Shown here piece by piece: positions 1-8,875 of a stretch of DNA of 62,500 bases (position 1 is the stretch's first letter; every line of letters starts with the position of its first letter). Below the pieces are notes generated by a model. The model was not told where the DNA came from. It saw only the letters and a list, made by a program, of their open reading frames with translations, and did not search any database. This stretch comes from Acidimicrobiia bacterium (GTDB lineage: Bacteria; Actinomycetota; Acidimicrobiia; Spongiisociales; ZC4RG35). The position numbers and the translations under genes were made by a program. Location: assembly GCA_035304485.1 (NCBI GenBank), contig DATGPZ010000202.1, positions 1-62,500 of the forward strand, in the 5' to 3' direction.

Positions 1-543
1 TCGGTGTGCGCTGCGGCGGAGATGTCGAAGGGATTCGACCCGCCGCCGATGCAGCGGCTGTTGGACCGGTCGATTCGACCGGGTCTCGGAGTCGACACCG
101 AGCGACTGGCCCCGGGTGACATCTTCGCTCCGATGCGAGCCGCGATCTCGCTCCAGCATGCCCGCTACTTCGACCTCAAGCTGGCGGGCAAGGGCGGATT
201 ACCGAACCTCCTCAACACCCGGGAGGTGATTCGCTATGCGACCACAGACGGTGCGCGGGCCGTCGGACTGGCGGAGGTGACGGGAACGCTCACGCCAGGC
301 AAGACCGCCGACGTGATCGTGCTTCGCGCCGACCGCCCCAACATCGCACCGGTCAACGACCCGATCGGGGCGGTGGTATGGGGGATGGACACCTCCAACA
401 TCGACTGGGTCTTCGTCGCCGGCGTGCCCCGTCTCCGATCGGGCCACCTGGACGCCGACATCGATCGTGTACGTCGACTCGCCACCGAGGCGAGTAGTCG
501 CGTGGCTACTTCGGCGGGATTCGGTTCCGGAGTGCGGGCATGA
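1..543 (+). CDS. Amidohydrolase family protein, C-terminal fragment (gene begins upstream of the window)
   Basis: The tail TGTLTPGKTADVIVLRADRPNIAPVNDPIGAVVWGMD is typical of the metal-dependent TRZ/ATZ-type amidohydrolase/deaminase C-terminus. It is paralogous to the C-terminus of 4697..7165. The TGA overlaps the ATG of the next gene. Confidence 0.75.
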   Translation, partial: SVCAAAEMSKGFDPPPMQRLLDRSIRPGLGVDTERLAPGDIFAPMRAAISLQHARYFDLKLAGKGGLPNLLNTREVIRYATTDGARAVGLAEVTGTLTPGKTADVIVLRADRPNIAPVNDPIGAVVWGMDTSNIDWVFVAGVPRLRSGHLDADIDRVRRLATEASSRVATSAGFGSGVRA

Positions 544-1571
544 CCGCCACAGTTCGCAGAGCCTCTCGATTCGTCACCTCGCTGGTGGTGGGCTCCCGCT
601 ACATGCCCGTCTACCTGGCGCTCCTCGTGCTGGTGATCGTCGCCTGGATCTGGAGCCCGTCGACTCTGAGCAGTGTCTCGTTGCGAGCCATCGCCCCCTA
701 TGGGGCCCTTCTCGGCATAACCGCCCTGGGGCAGATGCTGGTCGTGATGACCGGTGGAATCGACCTGAGCACACCGGGCACGGTCACCTTGGCTGCGGCG
801 ATCATGGTGGGCGTTGGCCAGCAATCCGACGAGCGCATCGGAGTCGCCATCCTGACCGCCGTCGGTGTGGCAGCCCTGATCGGACTCGTCAACGGGATCC
901 TCATCGGCGGTCTCCAGCTCAACGCCCTGATCGTGACTCTCGCCATGGGCCAGGTCGTGATCGGCATCGTCAACCGGTATGGCCGCAGCTTTCCCGTCCA
1001 GAGCCCGGTGCCCCCGGCCTGGTCCGACTGGACGTTCACCCGCATCCTCGGCATCAGCCCCGTCTTCTGGATCGGAGCCTTGCTGACTCTGGGGCTCATG
1101 CTGGCGTTCCGCTACACAGCCGTCGGGCGACGTTTCCAGGTCGTGGGGGCCAACCCCGTCGCCTCCCATGTGGTCGGTATCCGCGTGAACCTCAACCGCA
1201 TCCTCGTCTACGTGGCGGCCGCGGTTCTGTACGCGGCGGCGGGGGTGGCCTACGCGGGGCTCCTTCGGACTCCGGGGGTGGCCGCCGCCAATCAGTATCT
1301 TCTCGGTCCGATCGCGGCGGTGGTCATCGGAGGAGCGTCGCTGACCGGTGGGCTCGCCAGCTCTCTGTCCACCTTCGTCGCCGCGATCTTTCTCACCGGC
1401 CTCAATCAGATGCTGCTGACTCTCGGTATGCCGAAGGATCTCCAATTCGTGGTGTTCGGCCTCGTGATCGTCGGGGGAATGCTGGTTTCGGGGGACCGGA
1501 TCATCAAGGCGGTGGAGCGTGTGCTCCGTTTCCGACGAAGACCGAGTCGACCGAAAGAGCAAGCGACCTGA
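540..1571 (+). CDS. ABC transporter permease (ribose/monosaccharide-type, RbsC-like)
   Basis: 343 aa, hydrophobic throughout with multiple TM segments. It has a GGIDLS motif and a GGASLTGG block typical of this permease family, and an ATGA overlap with the upstream gene. Confidence 0.85.
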   Translation: MTATVRRASRFVTSLVVGSRYMPVYLALLVLVIVAWIWSPSTLSSVSLRAIAPYGALLGITALGQMLVVMTGGIDLSTPGTVTLAAAIMVGVGQQSDERIGVAILTAVGVAALIGLVNGILIGGLQLNALIVTLAMGQVVIGIVNRYGRSFPVQSPVPPAWSDWTFTRILGISPVFWIGALLTLGLMLAFRYTAVGRRFQVVGANPVASHVVGIRVNLNRILVYVAAAVLYAAAGVAYAGLLRTPGVAAANQYLLGPIAAVVIGGASLTGGLASSLSTFVAAIFLTGLNQMLLTLGMPKDLQFVVFGLVIVGGMLVSGDRIIKAVERVLRFRRRPSRPKEQAT

Positions 1572-1665
1572 CATTCCCTGACCGGTCGGAAAGGAGATCG
1601 AAGCAGAGTGGCGGAACTCGAATGAACAACGAACCCATGGCAGAGATGCCGGTATGGAGGAGGAC

Positions 1666-3072
1666 ATGAAATCACTGAAACTGATCTGCGTGCTGGCGGT
1701 GCTCGCCCTGGTGGCGGCGGCGTGTGGCACTGCAGAGGACACGACGACCACGTCGGAGGAGGCCCCGGCAACGACGGCCGCGGCAGCTCCGACGACTGAG
1801 GCTCCGGCGACCACAGCTGCGGGTGGGGGTGAGACGACGACGACCGCGGCGGAAAGCGGAGGAGGGGACAATCCGCTGGCGGAGTACGGCGAGGATCCTT
1901 CGGCGGCGGACATGGCGTTGGTCGACAAGGCCCTGGGGCCGGTGGACCCGTCGGACGAGGAATCCTGGAACATCATCCTGGCCTCGGTGGCACGAGCCCA
2001 TCAGGATCTGGACCAGGCGACCATCGACAAGGCTCTCGAATGCTGGCGCGAGCAGCGCTGCGAGACGGGAAGCGGCGGCGAGCTCGTCATGGGTTATGCC
2101 GACGGTGGCGGTAACGACGTCAACGTCTGGCGCTCCGTCAGCCACATGGAGGCGGTCCTGCAGGCACTGACGTATCCCGAGATCGGCACGATCATCTCGA
2201 CGGCCGCCAACTTCAACGAAGACCCGGCCGTCCACGAGAACGACATCCGGTTCCTGATCCAGAGCGGGGTCGACTTCATCGTCGGTTACCCGGACATGGG
2301 GGCGCTACTGGCCCCCGTCGTTCAGGAAGCCGAGGCCGCCGGCATCCCCTACATCGCCTTCTCGGCCGGCTACGTCGGACTGCCCGGCCAGGAAGGTGCG
2401 CTCACCCCCGGTGAGGACTACACGTCGGTGGTGGGCGAGGACCTCTGTGCATTGGGGCAGAGCTTCGCCGACACACTCAACACCGGTGTGGGCGAGGGCC
2501 AGGTGGCTCTCCTCGGTGGTACGCCTGGCAACGCCCTCTCCCTCGGATGGCAGCGCTGCACGATCGACGCCTTGGGCGAGAGCCTGGAGTTGGTCAACCC
2601 ACCAGCGGACGAGAACAGCACGACGGGCGACACCAACTGGTTCAACCCGATCATCCCGGACATCTTCCGTGGCTTGCTGACGGCCAATCCCGACATCCGG
2701 GGCTACGCCTACGAGTATGCCGACGGTGTCCTCTCCGGCTTGCAGGCCTACGACGAGTTGGGGATCCCGGTCGAGAACCTCACCTTGGCCCTACGCACCG
2801 ATGAGCAGAGCCTCTTCTGCGACTGGGTCGAGCGTGACGAGCCGACGTACGAGATCTACTACTCGGCAGGCGGCAACTTCCAGTCGCGAGTTGGTGTCAC
2901 GGCGGCGATGCTGACAGTGGCCGGATACGAGGTTCCGGGTGAGATCACCGTGCCTCACGTGATGCGCGAGGTGACGGCAGACGACTGCGATCCCGACCGT
3001 CCGAACCCGGTGGTGTCGGGCACGTCGCTCGTCCCGGGTGACATCCTGGCCATGATGTTCAGCGGCGGATGA
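1666..3072 (+). CDS. ABC transporter substrate-binding lipoprotein (type I periplasmic-binding fold)
   Basis: Signal peptide plus lipobox MKSLKLICVLAVLALVAAACG, followed by a Thr/Ala/Glu-rich linker and a soluble domain. It lies between the permease and ATPase genes. GGAGGAGG precedes the ATG at 1666; the alternative ATG is at 1654. Confidence 0.7.
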   Translation: MKSLKLICVLAVLALVAAACGTAEDTTTTSEEAPATTAAAAPTTEAPATTAAGGGETTTTAAESGGGDNPLAEYGEDPSAADMALVDKALGPVDPSDEESWNIILASVARAHQDLDQATIDKALECWREQRCETGSGGELVMGYADGGGNDVNVWRSVSHMEAVLQALTYPEIGTIISTAANFNEDPAVHENDIRFLIQSGVDFIVGYPDMGALLAPVVQEAEAAGIPYIAFSAGYVGLPGQEGALTPGEDYTSVVGEDLCALGQSFADTLNTGVGEGQVALLGGTPGNALSLGWQRCTIDALGESLELVNPPADENSTTGDTNWFNPIIPDIFRGLLTANPDIRGYAYEYADGVLSGLQAYDELGIPVENLTLALRTDEQSLFCDWVERDEPTYEIYYSAGGNFQSRVGVTAAMLTVAGYEVPGEITVPHVMREVTADDCDPDRPNPVVSGTSLVPGDILAMMFSGG

Positions 3073-4700
3073 CCCGACGCGGTCCTGTGGGAGAGTCGAC
3101 GACCACCGCACCGGTTCTCGAACTGACGGGCGTGTCCCGTCAGTTCGGGGCGGTGCGGGCGTTGACCGATGTCAGCTTCGAATGCCGCGCCGGCGAGATC
3201 CATGCCCTCGTCGGCGAGAACGGATCGGGGAAGTCGACTCTCCTCGGGATCGCCTCCGGTTTCGTGGAACCGGACCGAGGCACCATCCACATCGGAGGAC
3301 AGCGCCTGCGGACGGACTCGCCCGCACTGGCCCGCAAGCTCGGGCTGGCGATGGCCTACCAGGACGGTTCCTCGGTCGGGATGGAACCGGTCAAGAACAA
3401 CTTCTATATGGCGGCGCCTCCTGGAAAACGCCCTCCGTACTGGCAGAGGAAGAAGTGGGCCCGGCGTCTATTGGCGGAGTTCGATCTCGACGTCGAGTTG
3501 TTCCCCGACGTGCCGGCAGGAATGCTCACGATGGCCGAGCGGCAGCTGTTCGAGGTGGCCAAGGCCCTCGTGACCGAACCGAAGGTGCTGCTCTTGGACG
3601 AGCCGACGACGGCCCTCGGTCCCGACGAGGTGGAAGCCCTTCATCGCACCATCTTGGCCTGCAAGGCCAAGGGCGTGGGCGTGGTCTATGTCAGCCATCG
3701 GCTCCCCGAGGTCCTCGAGGTGGCCGATCGGGTCACGGTGCTGCGGGACGGGCAGAACCAGGGAACGTTCGACGCCCGCACCACCACCGAGGCCGAGTTG
3801 GTGGAGCACATCGTGGGCCGGCCCTTCGAGGCCGCCTTCCCTCCCGCCCGGCCTTCGTTCGGCGAGCCGGAAGTGGTCCTGACGGTAGAAGGGCTCCAAG
3901 GCCAGTCATTCGGGCCGGTTTCCTTCGAGCTCCAGCGAGGTGAGATCGTCGGTGTGGCCGGGGCGGAAGGCAACGGCCAGCCGCAGTTGTTCGACTGCCT
4001 CGCCGGCCGGACGCCTCCGCGAGCCGGCCGGGTGGTCTGTGCCGGACGCGAACTGACCCTGGTGTCGACCCACGAACCGGTGGCGGCGGGGATGATGCTG
4101 CTGCCGGGAGACCGAAAACGTGAGGCACTGATGGGCGTGCTGGGCGTGCGGGTGAACGCCACCGTGCAGTCCCTGCGAAAGTTCACCTGGCTGGTTTTCC
4201 TGCGCCGTCGGACCGAGCGCCGCGCGGTGGACGACCTCGTCGAACGCCTGAAGATCCGCACACCGTCCCTCGAACAACCCGTCGAGTTCCTCTCCGGCGG
4301 AAACCAGCAGAAGGTGTCGGTGGCGAGGTCCTTCTTGAAGGAGCCCGCCGTCATACTCGCCTACGAGCCGACCCAGGGCGTCGACGTCGGGTCGCGGTTC
4401 GACATCTACGAGGCTCTCCGTGATCGCAGCGACGCCGGGGCCGCCATCCTCGTCAAGTCGAGCGATCCCATCGAGCTGTCCGGCCTGTGTGATCGGGTGC
4501 TGGTCATGTCGCGGGGAACGATCGTGGAAGAGATCCCCCGTGACGAACTCGACGAGGTCCGGATCGTCGAAGCGATCGTTCGCGGCCCGGGCATGTCCAA
4601 AGCCGCCCGATCCCCGCTCGGTGCCGCGATGCCGAAGGCGCCGTCGGCATCCAATGGCGACGCCGCGGTGCCACCGCGGGAAGGGAGCCATTCGACGTGA
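3069..4700 (+). CDS. ABC transporter ATP-binding protein with two fused ATPase domains (RbsA/MglA-like)
   Basis: Walker A GENGSGKST, Walker B LLLDEPT, a second signature LSGGNQQK and a second Walker B-like ILAYEPT. ATGA overlap with the binding-protein gene. Confidence 0.9.
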   Translation: MTRRGPVGESTTTAPVLELTGVSRQFGAVRALTDVSFECRAGEIHALVGENGSGKSTLLGIASGFVEPDRGTIHIGGQRLRTDSPALARKLGLAMAYQDGSSVGMEPVKNNFYMAAPPGKRPPYWQRKKWARRLLAEFDLDVELFPDVPAGMLTMAERQLFEVAKALVTEPKVLLLDEPTTALGPDEVEALHRTILACKAKGVGVVYVSHRLPEVLEVADRVTVLRDGQNQGTFDARTTTEAELVEHIVGRPFEAAFPPARPSFGEPEVVLTVEGLQGQSFGPVSFELQRGEIVGVAGAEGNGQPQLFDCLAGRTPPRAGRVVCAGRELTLVSTHEPVAAGMMLLPGDRKREALMGVLGVRVNATVQSLRKFTWLVFLRRRTERRAVDDLVERLKIRTPSLEQPVEFLSGGNQQKVSVARSFLKEPAVILAYEPTQGVDVGSRFDIYEALRDRSDAGAAILVKSSDPIELSGLCDRVLVMSRGTIVEEIPRDELDEVRIVEAIVRGPGMSKAARSPLGAAMPKAPSASNGDAAVPPREGSHST

Positions 4701-7165
4701 TCGAGCAGATCACCACCACCCGCGTCGACCGGGTTCGCCAGCTCGTGCGGAAGGTGGCGCGGAACGCGCGTGACAAGGAGAAGTGGCGCAAGGTCGTCCG
4801 GTTCCGCCTCTGGATGCCCGTGGCGCTCCAGATTCTCCTGATCGTGTTGCTCCTCGCCTATACGGGGTCACGTTTCCCCGGTTTCATCAACCAGGTCAAC
4901 GTCTACAACATCCTGCTCCTGGCCATGCCACTGGCGGTGGCCGCCATCGCCCAGACGCACGCCATCCTGGTCGGCTACCTCGACCTGTCGGTCGGGGCGA
5001 TGATCAGCTTCGGCGTCGTCGTCGCCTCCTTCCTCATCGGGTCGGAAGCCGGTGTCGGGCAGATCCTCCTGGGCATCGGCGCCATCCTCGGATGCGGCGC
5101 GATCCTCGGCCTGGTGAATGCCGGGCTGATTCGCGGAGTCAAGATCCCCTCGATCGTCGCCACCCTGGCCACTCTCTCGATCCTCGACGGCATCTCCCTC
5201 AGTCTCCGTCCCACCGCCCAGGGTGCCATCAGCTCCGATCTCGTCTCCGTTCTCACTGCGACGGTGGGGCCCGTGCCGATCGCCTTCGTCGTCATCGTGA
5301 TCGGAGCCGGGGTGCTCGACCTGTGGTTGCACGCCTCCGGATCGGGGTTGGCGGTGCGGGCTGTGGGCTTCGACGAGCGCTCCGCCAAGCGAGGAGGAAT
5401 TCGCACCAACTGGGTCCGGGTTCGGGCCCTGCTCATCGCATCGGTGCTCGCCGCGGTCGCCGCCTTCTTCGTCATGGCGAGATCCCCGATCGGCAACGCC
5501 CAGATCGGCGCTCCCTTCGCCCTCAACAGCATCACGGCCGCAGTCCTCGGCGGGGCCTCCCTGGCCGGCGGCCGGGCGACCTTCGTCGGCAGCACGGTCG
5601 CCTCGGTGCTCCTCGCACTGATAATCACGGTGCTTCCCTTCCTGGGACTCACCCCGACCGACGGATCCATGATCATCGGTGTCTTGGTCCTGTTGGGGAT
5701 CGTCCTCTTCCAGGCGGGGGATTTGAAGGAGCTGGTCAAGCGCAACTTCCGCCGCGCCCGCCGCCTGGTCCTGGGAAGCCGCATCGGAGAGCAAGCCCAG
5801 CTCCCCGCGTTCTACCCGGAAGGCACCGACTTCAACGTCGTGCCCACCAGCCGTCTGCTGATCCGAGGTGGCACGGTCCTCACGCTCGACGGCGAGCTCG
5901 GGGACATGCCGGGCGCCGACCTCTTGATCGAAGGGGACCGTATCGCAGCCATCCGACCCGGGATCGAGGCTGACGACGCGGAGGTGATCGACGCCACGGG
6001 AATGATCGTGATGCCCGGTTTCGTCGACACCCACCGCCATATCTGGGAGGGAGTCCTGCGCAACATAGGCACCGACGTGCCGCTGGAAGGGCGGACCAGC
6101 TACATCACCTTCGTCCTCCACAAGCTGGCTCCGGCCTTCCGGCCCGAAGACGCCTACCTCGGCAATCTCGTGTCGGCATTGGGAGCAATCGACGCCGGTA
6201 TCACCACTCTCCTCGACTGGTCCCACATCCAGGGCTCGCCCGCCCATACCGACGCCGTGGTCCAGGCCCTGAACGACTCGGGCATTCGGGCCGTGTTCGC
6301 CTACGGGTTCCCGTGGTGGGGCAAATGGGAGGAGCGTCAGCCGAGCTGGTTCGTACGCTGTGCCACCGAGCACTTCTCGAGCAAAGACCAGCGCCTCACC
6401 TTGGCCCTGGCGGCTCCCGGTCCCGAGTTCACCGACTTCGAGGTGGCCCGTGACCACTGGAAGCTGGCCCGGGAGGCCGGTGCCCGCATAACGACCCACG
6501 TCGGCGTCGGCAGCTACGGGCAGGACGGCAAGGTCCAGGAGATGGGGGAGGCAGGGCTGCTCGGCCCGGACACGACCTACATCCACTGCACCACGCTCAA
6601 CGACACCGAGATCCAGATGATCGTCGACAGCGGTGGGACGGTATCGATCGCCACTCCCGTGGAGATGATGATGGGACATGGGATGCCCCCGGTCCAGAAG
6701 TTCCTCGACCGAGGCCTCAAACCGAGTCTCAGCGTCGACGTCGAGACCAATGTGCCCTCCGACATGTTCAACCAGATGCGTTCCGTCCTCGGGTTGCAAC
6801 GTTCGCTGGCTCGCTCGGCCGGCAAGGATCCGGTCGGGATGCGGGAGGTGCTCGAGTGGGCCACGGTCGAGGGAGCCCGGGCCAACGGCCTGCTCGACCG
6901 CACCGGCACCCTGACGCCAGGAAAGCAAGCCGACGTGATCCTGTTGCGCACCGATCGGATGAACGTGACGCCGTTGCATGATCCCGTGGGAGCCGTGGTC
7001 ACCAGCATGGACACCGGAAACGTGGACACGGTGATCGTGGCCGGTCACGTCCTGAAACGGCACGGGAAGCTGTTGCACGTCGACTGGTCGACGGTGAGGC
7101 GGATGTCGGAGGAGTCACGGGACCATGTCCTGGACAAGTCCGGGTTCAAACCACCTCGGATCTGA
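4697..7165 (+). CDS. Fusion protein: N-terminal ABC permease (RbsC-like) plus C-terminal amidohydrolase/deaminase domain
   Basis: A single 822-codon ORF. Residues ~40-345 are polytopic and resemble 540..1571 (GGASLAGG block). Residues ~390-822 carry the metal-binding HxH motif FVDTHRHIWEG and TGTLTPGKQADVILL, paralogous to 1..543. GTGA overlap with the ATPase gene. Confidence 0.8.
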   Translation: MIEQITTTRVDRVRQLVRKVARNARDKEKWRKVVRFRLWMPVALQILLIVLLLAYTGSRFPGFINQVNVYNILLLAMPLAVAAIAQTHAILVGYLDLSVGAMISFGVVVASFLIGSEAGVGQILLGIGAILGCGAILGLVNAGLIRGVKIPSIVATLATLSILDGISLSLRPTAQGAISSDLVSVLTATVGPVPIAFVVIVIGAGVLDLWLHASGSGLAVRAVGFDERSAKRGGIRTNWVRVRALLIASVLAAVAAFFVMARSPIGNAQIGAPFALNSITAAVLGGASLAGGRATFVGSTVASVLLALIITVLPFLGLTPTDGSMIIGVLVLLGIVLFQAGDLKELVKRNFRRARRLVLGSRIGEQAQLPAFYPEGTDFNVVPTSRLLIRGGTVLTLDGELGDMPGADLLIEGDRIAAIRPGIEADDAEVIDATGMIVMPGFVDTHRHIWEGVLRNIGTDVPLEGRTSYITFVLHKLAPAFRPEDAYLGNLVSALGAIDAGITTLLDWSHIQGSPAHTDAVVQALNDSGIRAVFAYGFPWWGKWEERQPSWFVRCATEHFSSKDQRLTLALAAPGPEFTDFEVARDHWKLAREAGARITTHVGVGSYGQDGKVQEMGEAGLLGPDTTYIHCTTLNDTEIQMIVDSGGTVSIATPVEMMMGHGMPPVQKFLDRGLKPSLSVDVETNVPSDMFNQMRSVLGLQRSLARSAGKDPVGMREVLEWATVEGARANGLLDRTGTLTPGKQADVILLRTDRMNVTPLHDPVGAVVTSMDTGNVDTVIVAGHVLKRHGKLLHVDWSTVRRMSEESRDHVLDKSGFKPPRI

Positions 7166-7244
7166 TCGACTACGGTGGGGGAGAAGGGACGTTGGGTTTC
7201 GAGCAGCCCGGAACGGGTAGCCGAACATCGGGAGTGATGACGTC

Positions 7245-7409
7245 ATGGAGCAGGCTGTTCTGACGCTGGGAATGTGGGTGCACGTGGTGCTCAACGCATT
7301 GGTGAGCTACCGCCACACACCGAATCCGATCTGGGGCGAACTGCGGGTCGCCGGGGTGGTACTCGTCACCGCCGCCGTCTGGGTGATCCTTTCGATGGTG
7401 GTGAACTAG
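7245..7409 (+). CDS. Small hypothetical membrane protein (54 aa, two predicted TM helices), below the ORF-track length cut-off
   Basis: Hand translation gives MEQAVLTLGMWVHVVLNALVSYRHTPNPIWGELRVAGVVLVTAAVWVILSMVVN. Third codon positions are mostly G/C, GGAG lies ~10 nt upstream, and the ORF fills an otherwise empty 312-bp gap. Confidence 0.35.
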   Translation: MEQAVLTLGMWVHVVLNALVSYRHTPNPIWGELRVAGVVLVTAAVWVILSMVVN

Positions 7410-7477
7410 GCGAGCCGGCCGTGGATGCGGCCGTAGACTCTCCCGCATGGGCTGCAGGCCGGTTGCGGCGCTCTGAA

Positions 7478-8827
7478 ATGCAGGTGCCGCCCGAAACGCG
7501 ATACGTCAAATTGGACGCGGGATACGTCGGGTACCAGACGTTCGGCCATGGCCCACCCGCCTGTCTGTTCGTGACCAATTGGCTCCAGAACCTGGACGTC
7601 ATGTGGGCGGAGCCGACCATCGCTCGCTACTTCCGGCGTCTTTCCTCGTTCAGTCAGGTTGTCTGCTTCGACAAGCGAGGTTCGGGGATATCGGACCCCG
7701 TTCCCCTCGACTCCATACCCTCTCTCGAGACGTGGATGGACGACGCCGTCCGGGCGCTGGACGCCTCCGGGGTCGGAAGGGCAGCGGTGATCGGCGACAC
7801 CGAAGGTGGTCCCATGGCGATGATGCTCGCCGCCACCTTCCCGGAGAGGGTGACGCACCTGGTCCTGGTGAACACCTTCGCCCGCTGGCGCCGGGCCGAC
7901 GACTACCCGATCGGGATGCCGGACGGGACCTGGCACAAGCTGGTGGACCGATACGAGCAGCACTGGGGTCAGACCTCTGAGATCCTCTCCCTGACCGCCC
8001 CTTCGATGAGCAACGACGGACGGTTTCGCGATTGGTTTCTCCGATACCAACGTCTGTCGATGCCGCCGGCTGCGGCCACCGCCATGTACCGGTGGGTCAC
8101 GACCCTGGATGTGAGGCCGCTCCTGCCCCTGATCCGTGTCCCCACGTTGGTGATCCACCGAAAGACATCGCCCCACTACCGGCTCCCCTTCGGCCAGTAT
8201 CTCGCCGATCACATCCCGGGGGCGACGCTGGTGGAGATCCCGGGAGGTGACGGGTTCCCGTTCAACGCCGGAGACGTCACTCCGATCCTCGACGAGATCG
8301 AGCGCTTCCTGACCGGGAGCCGCAGCGAACCGGTCCTCGACCGGATGCTGGCCACGATCCTCTTCACCGACATCGTCGACTCGACCCGGATCGCAGCCGA
8401 CAGGGGAGACGCAGCATGGCTCGAGTTGCTCCGCCGGCACGACGAGATCGTGAGCGAGCACCTCGACCGCTATCGGGGACGGCAAGTGAACTACACGGGC
8501 GATGGGGTCGTCGCCGTGTTCGACGGTCCGGCCCGGGCCGTGGTCTGCGCGGCGCGCCTCCGAGAAGCGCTCGCCCAGATCGGGATCACGGTGCGCATCG
8601 GCCTCCATACGGGAGAATTCGAGCTGAAAGACGACCAGATCGCCGGCCTCGCCGTCCATCTGGCGGCCCGAATCATGGCGGCCGCCGGACCGGGCAGGAT
8701 CTTCACATCCGGGACGGTTCGGGATCTGGTGCTCGGCTCGGGGATCGAGTTCGGGGCCGCCGGCGAGCACGAACTCAAAGGCGTTCCGGGCCGCTGGCCC
8801 CTGTTCGAGCTGTTGTCGATCCCGTAG
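7478..8827 (+). CDS. Alpha/beta-hydrolase domain fused to a class III adenylate/guanylate cyclase domain
   Basis: The N-terminal half has an alpha/beta-hydrolase pattern (FDKRGSGISD, GDTEGG at the nucleophile-elbow position). The C-terminal half shows ILFTDIVDSTR...YTGDGVVAVF...RIGLHTGE...GLAVHLAARI, a typical class III cyclase. The start is placed at the ATG at 7478 (MQVPPETRYV) rather than the Arg/Gly-rich extension from 7274. Confidence 0.85.
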   Translation: MQVPPETRYVKLDAGYVGYQTFGHGPPACLFVTNWLQNLDVMWAEPTIARYFRRLSSFSQVVCFDKRGSGISDPVPLDSIPSLETWMDDAVRALDASGVGRAAVIGDTEGGPMAMMLAATFPERVTHLVLVNTFARWRRADDYPIGMPDGTWHKLVDRYEQHWGQTSEILSLTAPSMSNDGRFRDWFLRYQRLSMPPAAATAMYRWVTTLDVRPLLPLIRVPTLVIHRKTSPHYRLPFGQYLADHIPGATLVEIPGGDGFPFNAGDVTPILDEIERFLTGSRSEPVLDRMLATILFTDIVDSTRIAADRGDAAWLELLRRHDEIVSEHLDRYRGRQVNYTGDGVVAVFDGPARAVVCAARLREALAQIGITVRIGLHTGEFELKDDQIAGLAVHLAARIMAAAGPGRIFTSGTVRDLVLGSGIEFGAAGEHELKGVPGRWPLFELLSIP

Positions 8828-8875
8828 ATGACGAGGAGAGACCGGTCTCGACCGTCGTGCAGGTAGCCTTCGCAG

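Noticed and set aside
234-1976. 580-aa minus-strand ORF spanning three plus-strand genes.
   Set aside because: The product is a low-complexity Ala/Ser/Pro/Arg/Gly/His-rich sequence with no motif. It is antisense to a recognisable amidohydrolase, permease and binding-protein gene, which is a typical high-GC shadow ORF. The same reasoning applies to 4868..7078(-), 7406..9055(-), 12754..13926(-), 17865..19559(-), 28825..30084(-), 45795..47795(-), 52354..53577(+), 53828..54991(+) and 56851..57942(-).
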